Shown in pieces: positions 48,013 through 56,273 of a stretch of 64,000 nt of DNA. The DNA is from an uncultured Clostridia bacterium. Its GTDB lineage: Bacteria > Bacillota > Clostridia > Christensenellales > UBA1242. The notes below the pieces were generated by a model. That model saw nothing but the letters and a program-made list of their open reading frames with translations. It had not been told where the DNA came from and searched no databases. The DNA lies in contig CAKVHY010000001.1 in assembly GCA_934754335.1 (NCBI GenBank), forward strand, positions 2,484 to 66,483, written 5' to 3'. Made by a program: the position numbers and the translations under genes. Position 1 is the stretch's first letter. Each line of letters starts with the position of its first letter.

Positions 48013-48552
48013 ATGAAATATTTAGGCACTCAAATGAAAGAGATACTTGCTCTTTCAAGTTTAGACAATTTAATTAAACCAAAATTTTTGCAAGACACAA
48101 GAGTTTTGCAAGCACTAGATGAAGTTTTTAAACAAACGGAATTCGAAAATTTTGACGGGTTTTTAAATTCAGAATTTGCAAAAGAAAATTTTAGAACCAT
48201 GAAAGATAGTGCTTTAGATTTGGTTTCAAGTTATGACCCGTTCTCTAGAGCAAGAAGAGATATTAACTTCTGCAATTCTTTACAAACAAACGAAGACGGA
48301 ACAACAGCATATGCTATTTCTTCTTTGCCTGATTCTTTATTTATAGTTGTTCAAACTCCAGACTCTGAAACTATAATCACTAGCGGACTTAAGAAGAATG
48401 ATGGAGTGGCAATTTGCAAATCTGAAAAGATTTCAGAGAATGTTATCACCAGAGAAACCACCGATTTTTACATAGCAAGAAATGGCAACGTTAAGATGGC
48501 ATACGATAAAGATGAGTTGCCACTTGAAAGCCTTGAATTATATAAAAATTAG
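48013..48552 (+). CDS. hypothetical protein, paralog 3 of 3
   Basis: 179 aa counted from the ATG at 48013, with an AAGGTGGG RBS; the ORF-track GTG at 48001 is unlikely. This is the most diverged member (LQTNEDG hinge). Confidence 0.65.
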   Translation: MKYLGTQMKEILALSSLDNLIKPKFLQDTRVLQALDEVFKQTEFENFDGFLNSEFAKENFRTMKDSALDLVSSYDPFSRARRDINFCNSLQTNEDGTTAYAISSLPDSLFIVVQTPDSETIITSGLKKNDGVAICKSEKISENVITRETTDFYIARNGNVKMAYDKDELPLESLELYKN

Positions 48553-48554
48553 TT

Positions 48555-48590
48555 TAAAAAAATCATAACGAAATTGTTATGATTTTTTTA
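48555..48590. terminator. bidirectional terminator shared by the paralog operon and the convergent methyltransferase gene
   Basis: AATCATAAC-GAAATT-GTTATGATT stem flanked by an A-run and a T-run. Confidence 0.7.
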
Positions 48591-49961
48591 TTTTAACCTT
48601 AAATTTTTAGGAAAATAATTTTTAACTTTTCCATTAACAACTTTTCCACCACCTAATATTAAGCCCTTATATTTAACCGCACAAATTCCATTTTCATTCT
48701 CAGTTTCTATCTCTAAACCTTTTAAATAATCTATGTAATTATTATCATTTAATTCCACTATATTATTAAAATCTTTTCCAAAACTTGAGAAGAAGAAATG
48801 CGAATAATCCAATCTATTTTTCACATATTCTCCAACTAAAACCCCAGCACATAAAGGTTTGATTTTGTCAAAATCCACCATACTATTTGGCAAAATGTAT
48901 ATATTTTCATTACATTTAACTATATTTAATGAATTTATATCTAAATTTAAAATCTTTTCCAAGTCTTTCAATATTATGCTCTTTTCTTTACTTTCCAATG
49001 GCTTGAATCCTGATTTTTTCAAAGCAAAATTTGCATCATTTTCTTCTCCAGATTCTCTTTTAAATAATGCCACGAATTGTCCTTCACCCCTAGATTTAAA
49101 CGGATAGAACTTACAAGTTTTTGACAAATCAGCATCATCTTCTCCGTCTCCTTCAAAGCCTTCGTTTTTTATAATCTTAGGCAAATCTAAAAGATGAAAA
49201 TCCATATTTTCTTCTAGGAATTTTTGCACCACATTTTCATCTTCCAATCTATTAAATGTACATGTGGAATAAACCAACAATCCCCCGCCCTTAACGCATT
49301 TGGCGGAATTAGACAAAATCTCCAACTGTCTTATTGCCGAAGCCTTAACTTGCTCCAAACTCCATTCCGTCATCGCCTTAGGATTTTTTCTAAACATTCC
49401 TTCTCCGCTACATGGTGCATCAACCAAAACCTTATCAAATACAGCGGGCAAATTCCTAGATAGAGTTAAACTATCTTCGCTTGTAATAACCACATTTCTA
49501 AAGCCCTGCCTTGAAATGTTTTCATATAGAATACTCACTCTTGAACTAACAATTTCATTCGAAACAAGCAAGCCTGTTCCATTTAAAGCAACGGCGAGTT
49601 CGCTACTTTTCCCGCCCGGTGCTGAGCAAACATCTAGCACTTTATCTTCAGGTTTTATATCTAACAAAAGTGCTGGAATCATAGCGAAAGGTTCTTGAAC
49701 ATATATTGCTCCGCCAAGATAAAGATATGTATTTCCAATCGCATCTTTATAATCTTTATCTAAATAAAATCCATTTGGATTAAAAGGGATTTCTTCAACC
49801 GGCAAGTTAGAAATTAAGTTCTCTTTATTAAATTTTATTGTATTTAACTGAATTGCCTTATATGAAAACTCTGAGAAACTTTTCACATATTTCTCATAAT
49901 CTTCTCCAAGCAATTTCTTCATTTGATTTTCATAATCTAAAGGCAATGTTATTTTTTCCAT
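48588..49961 (-). CDS. RsmB/RsmF-family rRNA cytosine-C5 methyltransferase
   Basis: VLDVCSAPGGKSSELA (SAM motif), DAPCSGEGMFRKNP and YSTCT catalytic Cys motifs, plus a C-terminal PUA-like domain. The ORF-track start is TTG. The ATG at 49961 sits 6 nt downstream of TGTATAAT, so the mRNA may be leaderless. Confidence 0.8.
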   Translation of the reverse strand: MEKITLPLDYENQMKKLLGEDYEKYVKSFSEFSYKAIQLNTIKFNKENLISNLPVEEIPFNPNGFYLDKDYKDAIGNTYLYLGGAIYVQEPFAMIPALLLDIKPEDKVLDVCSAPGGKSSELAVALNGTGLLVSNEIVSSRVSILYENISRQGFRNVVITSEDSLTLSRNLPAVFDKVLVDAPCSGEGMFRKNPKAMTEWSLEQVKASAIRQLEILSNSAKCVKGGGLLVYSTCTFNRLEDENVVQKFLEENMDFHLLDLPKIIKNEGFEGDGEDDADLSKTCKFYPFKSRGEGQFVALFKRESGEENDANFALKKSGFKPLESKEKSIILKDLEKILNLDINSLNIVKCNENIYILPNSMVDFDKIKPLCAGVLVGEYVKNRLDYSHFFFSSFGKDFNNIVELNDNNYIDYLKGLEIETENENGICAVKYKGLILGGGKVVNGKVKNYFPKNLRLK

Positions 49962-50065
49962 AGCAATATTATACAATATTTTAGAAATTTTTCTACATAT
50001 AATTAATAAAATTTTTAAATTGTTAGAATTTTATAATTATTACATAAATACTACTTAACTTATTT

Positions 50066-51304
50066 TTATTTAAAGTAACTTTCAGGGTGGATTGTATGCT
50101 CTTTTTTTATATCTAGTTTTTTTAATCTCTCATCTTTTAAAACATTTGAACTCTGAAACACCAAGTTGCCATACTTTTTCTTAAGCCTGTTCACTACTTC
50201 TTCCACTCTATATTGTTTCTCCAATTTTTCACAATCATAAAGAAACGAAAATTGCACTGGACTTTCGTCAAAACCTGAAACGCTTATTCCCATCGCTCTA
50301 ATTTTTTCTTTAAAGTTATAGTTTGATTTTAAAAGATTATATGCCTGCGTTTCCAAGTTCGAACAAACTAAAACGTTTGGATTTAATGCACAAGAATAGC
50401 CCACTGAATTCAACAAACAATCTTTCACATATACTGATAAAGTTTTTGCGGTTTTCAAGTTATAATCTCTTGCTCTATAGATTATACTTTCACTTAATAA
50501 GCCTATCAAACTTTTGATTTCATTTGTATCAATAATGTCTTTATAATTAGTTAAACTATTTCCAATTGATTTAAATGGAACTAAATCGTTATCGTTTCTT
50601 ACAGGACTTAAATCCAAACCATTTGCAAAGTTATATAAATATTCACCCCATTTGCCTAGCAAAGTTTTCAAAATTTTTAGGTCTGTTTTTGCCAAATCCC
50701 CAATTGTAAACACATTAATTTTATTAAGTTTTTTCTTTGTGGCTTTTCCAACATAAAGCAAGTCTTCCACCGGCAAATCAAAAATCTTTTCTTCCTTATT
50801 TTCTTCCGTTATCTCAAACACGCCATCTCGTCCTGCCTGGTCAGAACCCAACTTCGCATAAATTTTATTATAACTTATTCCCACGGAAACTGTTAGACCA
50901 ATTTCACTTTTTATTGCTTCTTTAATCTTAATTGCAATATTATATGCACTTCCAAACAATTGCAAACTATCTGTTACATCTAGCCAACACTCGTCAATTC
51001 CAAAAGGCTCAATTTTATCAGTATATCGCCTATAAATATTTTTTACTTTTTTTGAATACTTTAAATATAATTCAAACCTTGCATTCACCTCCACCAAGTC
51101 CTTACATAGTTGCCTTGCTTCCCATAAAACCATGCCAGTTTTTATGCCCATACTTTTTGCAAGAGCATTTTTAGCAAGCACCACACCATGGCGTGCGTCT
51201 GCATCACCACAAACACACAAGGCTTTATCTTTATATTTAGGTCTTAACAAACACTCCACGGACGCATAAAAATTATTTAAATCCACATGTAAAATACTTC
51301 GCAT
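50066..51304 (-). CDS. dinB: Y-family DNA polymerase (Pol IV-like)
   Basis: ILHVDLNNFYASVE, the IDECWLDVT catalytic acidic motif, and 412 aa. Confidence 0.85.
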   Translation of the reverse strand: MRSILHVDLNNFYASVECLLRPKYKDKALCVCGDADARHGVVLAKNALAKSMGIKTGMVLWEARQLCKDLVEVNARFELYLKYSKKVKNIYRRYTDKIEPFGIDECWLDVTDSLQLFGSAYNIAIKIKEAIKSEIGLTVSVGISYNKIYAKLGSDQAGRDGVFEITEENKEEKIFDLPVEDLLYVGKATKKKLNKINVFTIGDLAKTDLKILKTLLGKWGEYLYNFANGLDLSPVRNDNDLVPFKSIGNSLTNYKDIIDTNEIKSLIGLLSESIIYRARDYNLKTAKTLSVYVKDCLLNSVGYSCALNPNVLVCSNLETQAYNLLKSNYNFKEKIRAMGISVSGFDESPVQFSFLYDCEKLEKQYRVEEVVNRLKKKYGNLVFQSSNVLKDERLKKLDIKKEHTIHPESYFK

Positions 51305-51340
51305 AGTTTAATTTATGCGATTTAATTAAAATTTAAGCAT

Positions 51341-51389
51341 AAAAAAATCTCCAGTTTAATGGAGATAAAAAAATCGGCATAAACCGATT
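51341..51389 (-). terminator. two tandem terminators after the 203-aa gene
   Basis: AATCGG/CCGATT (51372-51389) and ATCTCCA/TGGAGAT (51347-51366), each followed by a T-run on the minus strand. Confidence 0.7.
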
Positions 51390-52001
51390 TTAATTATTCA
51401 TTTGATGAACATCGCCTTGAATTTCAGGCAATCTATCTTCTGCATCCTTCATTCCATCTCTTAAAAACCCTAGAGCAATCTCTTCATTTTTAGTCAAATC
51501 ACCCCATTGCTTATCACTTTGGATAATTCTATCCACATAAGCAGAATTGAAATTATCTCTTTTAACTTTTAAATTGTTCCAAAAATATCTATCACCGAGT
51601 TTTGCAGAATATTTTCCAATAACATCGAATGCCTTACCAACTCTATCTTTATCTATTTCTTCATTTTCAATTATATCAATTAAATGTTTTCTAATTCCGC
51701 AAGAATTTGTGATAAGACTATAATTTCCGTCCATAAATCTAGATAATCTTGTACTATAAGTATCAATCTCATGTGCTCTATGATTATCTGTGGCAAAATA
51801 TGAAACAAATGTGGAGAAATCCTTCAAACTATCGTTTTTATCCATTCTTTCAGTTCTAGACATCTCTTCAGATTTCCAAGCAGTGGCTAACCAACCACCA
51901 GTGGCTTCACGAATAAAATTAACTTCTGCTTCAGTTAGTTCATCTAACACCTTTTCTTCTTCTTCCACAGCATCAAAACTTTGCGTGTTATTCAAATCCA
52001 T
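51390..52001 (-). CDS. hypothetical cytoplasmic protein (acidic N-terminus)
   Basis: 203-aa ORF. No motif recognised, no TM or signal peptide. Confidence 0.5.
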   Translation of the reverse strand: MDLNNTQSFDAVEEEEKVLDELTEAEVNFIREATGGWLATAWKSEEMSRTERMDKNDSLKDFSTFVSYFATDNHRAHEIDTYSTRLSRFMDGNYSLITNSCGIRKHLIDIIENEEIDKDRVGKAFDVIGKYSAKLGDRYFWNNLKVKRDNFNSAYVDRIIQSDKQWGDLTKNEEIALGFLRDGMKDAEDRLPEIQGDVHQMNN

Positions 52002-52087
52002 AGTTTACCCCTTTTTGGCGATTAAAAATCGTACTTTATTACTATGGTAAGTTTAACACATATTACGCTTTATGTCAATCATTTATA

Positions 52088-52786
52088 TTAATCATTATGC
52101 AAACCCAAGTATTTAATCACTCCACAAGCAATAGTATAAGCCACTTTCTCCTGATAATTTTCGCTTATAAGCAACGCTTCTTCTTCCGCATTTGTTAAAT
52201 ATCCGCATTCAACTATAACTGATGGCATCTCAGTACACTTCAAAAGATAATAATCGCCATAACTTATGCTTGTCCTTGCATCAGGCAGATTAGAAATTAA
52301 TTGTGATTGAATAGCATTTGCAAACTTTTCGCTTTCAGTATCTTTTTCCATGCAAAAAACCTGTGCACCTTTAGAATGGGACGATGGATATGAATTCTGG
52401 TGAATTGAAATCACAAGGTCGGGATTAGATTTTTCAATTATGGCTTTACGTTTTGCCATATCATCTTTTTTATAATTATCCACATTTTCAGAATATAATC
52501 CGCTTTCATTTTCCCTTGTTAAAACCACTCTAAACCCTAGGTTTACAAACTGCGTTTTTAGTTTCTTTACAATCTGCAAATTGACTTCACTTTCGATTGT
52601 TCCATTCACCCCTGTAACGCCATTATCTCGTCCACCATGCCCAGCATCTAACACAATTGTATACGGAACTATTGCATTTTCCGTGTGTTTTATTCTCCCA
52701 ACACCTATCGCCAAACATAATATCATTATTGTCACCACAGTCACAGCAATCACATTTTTTAACTTAACACATCTAATTATTTTCAT
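52088..52786 (-). CDS. cwlD: germination-specific N-acetylmuramoyl-L-alanine amidase CwlD
   Basis: N-terminal TM helix, LDAGHGGRDNG, KKDDMAKRKAII, ISIHQNS, and VECGYLTN (Amidase_3). The length is typical of CwlD. Confidence 0.75.
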   Translation of the reverse strand: MKIIRCVKLKNVIAVTVVTIMILCLAIGVGRIKHTENAIVPYTIVLDAGHGGRDNGVTGVNGTIESEVNLQIVKKLKTQFVNLGFRVVLTRENESGLYSENVDNYKKDDMAKRKAIIEKSNPDLVISIHQNSYPSSHSKGAQVFCMEKDTESEKFANAIQSQLISNLPDARTSISYGDYYLLKCTEMPSVIVECGYLTNAEEEALLISENYQEKVAYTIACGVIKYLGLHND

Positions 52787-52890
52787 AATATTATATTTAT
52801 TAAAAAAGTACTATCAATAGAACAAATATTAAGTTATCTTTTGCATAATTTCCTTGCAATTATAAAAACTATAATAACTAGGAGATTATT

Positions 52891-54387
52891 ATGAAGAAAA
52901 AAAGAAAGTCATCATTAAAAACACTTACAATTCTATCTATCTTAACTTGTTTTATAGTTACAGCAATAATCGCACAGATTTTTCTAATCGACCAAACTGC
53001 CGACACCATGCTAACAAATTCCATAAACGGAATAAATGTACGTGGTGCAACCCCAACCGAAGTGAACGCAACGCTTGTTAATCACTATAAAACTCAAGCC
53101 AAGGATTTCAAGTTAAATTTAAAATACAAAGATAAAACTTGGACTTTGACTGATGAAGACTTTGAAGTGAACTCCAATATTCACACGATAATCGAAGAAA
53201 AACTAAGGCGAGAAAAGGAACTAAATAATCATGATAAAAAAGTGAACCTTATTTCTATGTTATTAGGTAAGGGCGAAAGTTTACAAGTTTCTTTCAATTA
53301 TATTTACACAGGTCTAGACGAAAAAATAGACAACATTATTTCTGAAATTGAAAAAGAGCCTAAAGACAGCAAAGTGAAGTTTAATCCAGATAACAAAAAT
53401 ATGTTTGAAATTGTAAAAGAAGAAATTGGAATAGAAGTGGATAAAAACCTTCTATATGAAAAAATAAACGAACAATTTATAAACTCAAACGTTATAAATG
53501 TTGAGATTCCTACTAATGAAATTTTGCCAACCATCACCGAAAACGAAACTAAGGACTACACTAAATTGATTGCAAAATTCTCCACCAATGTTTCAGACAG
53601 CACAGGCGGAAGAAAATCCAACGTTAAATTAGCATTATCTAAATTTAATGGCATGGTGATAAATCCTGATGAAGAAGTTTCTTTTAATAAAATCACCAGC
53701 CCGCACACATTAGAGAATGGCTATAAAATTGCAACAATCATTTTAAACGGAAAATTTGTTGACGGAGTTGGCGGTGGAATTTGCCAAGCAAGCACCACTC
53801 TATATAATGCACTTCTACAAACTGGCATTGAAATTAAAGAAGTGAACAAACACACCCTTCCCGTTAGATATGTACCACTTGCGTTAGATGCAATGGTGGC
53901 TGAAGGAATTTCGGATTTGAAATTTAAGAACACTCGCCCATATCCTTTGTTTATAAAAACATATTCCACAAGCGATAATGTTACTGTTGAAATTTACAGC
54001 CACGATTTAGATGGAATTTCATACAAAACAAGAAGCGAAACGCTAAAAGAACTTCCTGCTCTTAGCGATATAGTTAAAAAAGATACAAACAAAGAATATC
54101 AAGATAAAGTTTTATTCGAAGGCGAATATTACAGGCTAACATATCCACGTGGTGGTTACGTTGCCAAAGCATATCTTCAAACATATAAAGATGGAAAATT
54201 GATTGAAGAACAAGAAATAAGAAACGAAACTTATCAACCCCAACATGGCATTATAATTGAAGGAGCAGAAAAAGCACCTGAGAATTTAAAGACAATTGAA
54301 GATACCGTTACAAGTGCCGAAAATTATACACATGGTATAAATATAAATAATGAAAATTACACCATTCCTTCGAACATTTGTCCGTGA
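52891..54387 (+). CDS. VanW-family protein
   Basis: N-terminal TM helix and the VanW core (GGGICQASTTLYNALLQTGIEI...R...YVPLALDA). AGGAG RBS. TGA stop. Confidence 0.8.
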   Translation: MKKKRKSSLKTLTILSILTCFIVTAIIAQIFLIDQTADTMLTNSINGINVRGATPTEVNATLVNHYKTQAKDFKLNLKYKDKTWTLTDEDFEVNSNIHTIIEEKLRREKELNNHDKKVNLISMLLGKGESLQVSFNYIYTGLDEKIDNIISEIEKEPKDSKVKFNPDNKNMFEIVKEEIGIEVDKNLLYEKINEQFINSNVINVEIPTNEILPTITENETKDYTKLIAKFSTNVSDSTGGRKSNVKLALSKFNGMVINPDEEVSFNKITSPHTLENGYKIATIILNGKFVDGVGGGICQASTTLYNALLQTGIEIKEVNKHTLPVRYVPLALDAMVAEGISDLKFKNTRPYPLFIKTYSTSDNVTVEIYSHDLDGISYKTRSETLKELPALSDIVKKDTNKEYQDKVLFEGEYYRLTYPRGGYVAKAYLQTYKDGKLIEEQEIRNETYQPQHGIIIEGAEKAPENLKTIEDTVTSAENYTHGININNENYTIPSNICP

Positions 54388-54475
54388 AACTACGACTAAA
54401 ATGTGCATAACTGCCAGATATTCACTTATTTTTGGTAAAAAATAGGCTATTTTTCAAAAAAGTTGTCATAAGTTA

Positions 54476-54619
54476 TGTGGATAAGTAACGTGTCTTATGT
54501 GGATATGTGGATAACTTTAAAAAATTCGACAAAATTTATTCATTTTCGCGTTTATTTATGCATTATTTAATAAATATGCATAAAATTTTATAACCATACA
54601 AGCCCGATTTTGTGGATAA
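54476..54619 (+). promoter_or_regulatory. DnaA-box cluster
   Basis: Perfect TGTGGATAA at 54476-54484, 54506-54514 and 54611-54619. TGTGGATAT (8/9) at 54498-54506 abuts the second perfect box. All are in the same orientation. Further 8/9 boxes are at 54402-54410 and, in inverse orientation, at 54713-54721. Confidence 0.75.
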
Positions 54620-54695
54620 CTTAATCATTTTAGAACATTTTTTAATTATTTCAGCCCTTTAAAAGCCCCTTTCGAAAAAATTATGACAAAAAATT

Positions 54696-54733
54696 AGAAC
54701 AAAGCATGGGATTTCTCCACAATGCTTTGTTCT
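54696..54733. terminator. strong 12-bp hairpin, probable terminator of the minus-strand YyaC-like gene
   Basis: AGAACAAAGCAT, a 14-nt loop, then ATGCTTTGTTCT. On the minus strand it is followed by AATTTTTT; on the plus strand by TTATTTAT. Confidence 0.6.
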
Positions 54734-54872
54734 TTATTTATACATAAACAATCGGGTGGGTTTTATGAGAATAAGAATAACCTTTAGATTGGAAAAATGT
54801 TTTAATGTATAGCAAAAACTTTTATCTTTTGTATGCCAATCAATGAATTAACTTTCTTACTTGCTATACACC

Positions 54873-55400
54873 TCATACTATGTTCAAATTATCTAAAGTG
54901 TTACATTCTTTTAGTTTATCTGAAAAAATAATTCCTGCATTTATAATCTTAGCGGTCAGATCTGCCACGTTATTTAACTCCAACTTTTTATTGCCCCAAA
55001 GCCCCATAGAATTTAACGACGCACAAATGCAAAAATCTCCAAGCGTTTGGTTGTTATAAATAGACCTTCCCTTGCCATAAAGCAAAAGGTTTCTATCTTC
55101 CCTATTTGAGAGTTTTGAAACCACCACTATTATCTTACTATTTTTATGCCTATTTGAAACAAACTTAATGGCGGTGTTTAAATTCTTTTCGCAAATATTA
55201 TTTTTATTTCTTCCATAAACATAGGCCTTTGCCCTATATTTCAAAACTAAAAGTTCCGCCACCATCTTAGCATATATAGCCCCAGTTCCGCATTCGCCCA
55301 AGCACAGAACAACCGGAAAGTTATCCGAACTTATCAATTCTTCTGCCAAGTTTAATGCTGGAGTTAGACCTAAATTTTCTTCAATGTTTAAACTATTCAT
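54873..55400 (-). CDS. YyaC/GPR-like sporulation protease homolog, apparently degenerate
   Basis: 175 aa. Block order resembles Bacillus YyaC as I recall it: VVLCLGECGTG vs VCVGTDRSTGD, YVYG vs HVYG, IIVVVSKLSN vs VIAVDACLG, LGDFCICASLN vs VGDIHINGIVN. The Asp residues of the recalled motifs are not conserved. Confidence 0.35.
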   Translation of the reverse strand: MNSLNIEENLGLTPALNLAEELISSDNFPVVLCLGECGTGAIYAKMVAELLVLKYRAKAYVYGRNKNNICEKNLNTAIKFVSNRHKNSKIIVVVSKLSNREDRNLLLYGKGRSIYNNQTLGDFCICASLNSMGLWGNKKLELNNVADLTAKIINAGIIFSDKLKECNTLDNLNIV

Positions 55401-55587
55401 ATATTTATCCTTAAGTTAAGTATTAACAGATTAAAAGATTATAAACCTAAAATTAAATAATCTCTTCGCCACAAAACTTTTAAAAGTTTTAACATGTTTA
55501 TAAATATAAAAAATTTCAAATCAGGCAAAAATCAATATGACATTCTCAGATTATGTGTTATACTAAAAAAAACAAATGGAGAAAACA

Positions 55588-56199
55588 ATGGCATTAATAG
55601 ATATAATCTTTTTAATATTTATTGGATTATTTGCTTTGGTTGGACTATGGAAAGGTTTAGTTGATAGCGTTGTATCTTTATTTAGTTCTTTATTCTCGGT
55701 GGCGATTGCAATATTCTTAGGCTCATACGTGGCAGATTTTGTTCGTTCGCTTATAGATATTGATGGTTATCTAGATGCATTACTTACTGATGTATTTAAA
55801 ATAACTGCAGAGAATATTGAATTTTTAGGTATGACGGTGGCAAGAGTGAAAGTTGCAAATTACTTAGCCACAATTTTAATTATCGTTCTAACTTATATAG
55901 TTTTAATGCTTGCAATCGGAATTATAAAAAGAATTTTGGGCTCTCTTACAGAATCTAGCAGTTTGCTAAAAGGCTTAAATAGAATCCTTGGAATGATATT
56001 TGGAGCATTAAAAGGATTATTTATCGTTTGTTGCCTATTTGCAGTTTTAACAATGGTTAGTTTCGTTGAACCGCTAAGAGTTAAGTTTGAACCGATGATT
56101 CAGGATTCAAAGTACGTTTCTGTGGTTTACGATAAAACCAACGAATTTGTTGAAAATAAATTAAGAGATAAATTAGAAAACTCAATAACCGAATCTTAG
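55588..56199 (+). CDS. cvpA: CvpA-family membrane protein
   Basis: MALIDIIFLIFIGLFALVGLWKGLVDSVVSLFS is a typical CvpA N-terminus. Four TM helices. GGAG lies 6 nt before the ATG at 55588. Confidence 0.7.
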   Translation: MALIDIIFLIFIGLFALVGLWKGLVDSVVSLFSSLFSVAIAIFLGSYVADFVRSLIDIDGYLDALLTDVFKITAENIEFLGMTVARVKVANYLATILIIVLTYIVLMLAIGIIKRILGSLTESSSLLKGLNRILGMIFGALKGLFIVCCLFAVLTMVSFVEPLRVKFEPMIQDSKYVSVVYDKTNEFVENKLRDKLENSITES

Positions 56200-56214
56200 A
56201 GATTCAAAATTTTT

Positions 56215-56247
56215 CCACCCCAAATTTAGTTTTGGGGGGATTTTTTT
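56215..56247 (+). terminator. cvpA terminator
   Basis: CCCCAAA-TTTAGT-TTTGGGG followed by TTTTTTT. Confidence 0.75.
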
Positions 56248-56273
56248 AAAATTAACAATAAGGGAGAAAAAAA

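Noticed and set aside
16114-52483. Isolated perfect DnaA-box 9-mers at 16114, 29927, 41583, 45208 and 52475
   Set aside because: Each is a single box. Four of the five lie inside coding sequence, where the 9-mer can arise from common codons (..V-D-N/K.. on the coding strand). There is no clustering, so they are treated as background.
54541-54700. Small ORF or sRNA (for example an Sda-like checkpoint peptide) downstream of the DnaA boxes
   Set aside because: Only 5-15-codon ORFs without an RBS are present on either strand. The strong hairpin at 54696-54733 is better explained as the terminator of the minus-strand gene. An sRNA cannot be excluded without transcript data.
54388-54872. Calling this intergenic region the chromosomal origin (oriC) outright
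   Set aside because: No dnaA or dnaN is nearby. All strong boxes share one orientation. The genes to the right are not predominantly on the plus strand (58.5-64 kb is minus). I could not identify a clear DnaA-trio or DUE. It is kept as a DnaA-box cluster with the origin role only as a hypothesis.
55473-55490. Perfect 18-bp palindrome AAAACTTTTAAAAGTTTT in the YyaC-like/cvpA divergent region
   Set aside because: It is composed almost entirely of A/T runs. Such palindromes are expected by chance in DNA this AT-rich, and no second copy or associated regulator was seen.
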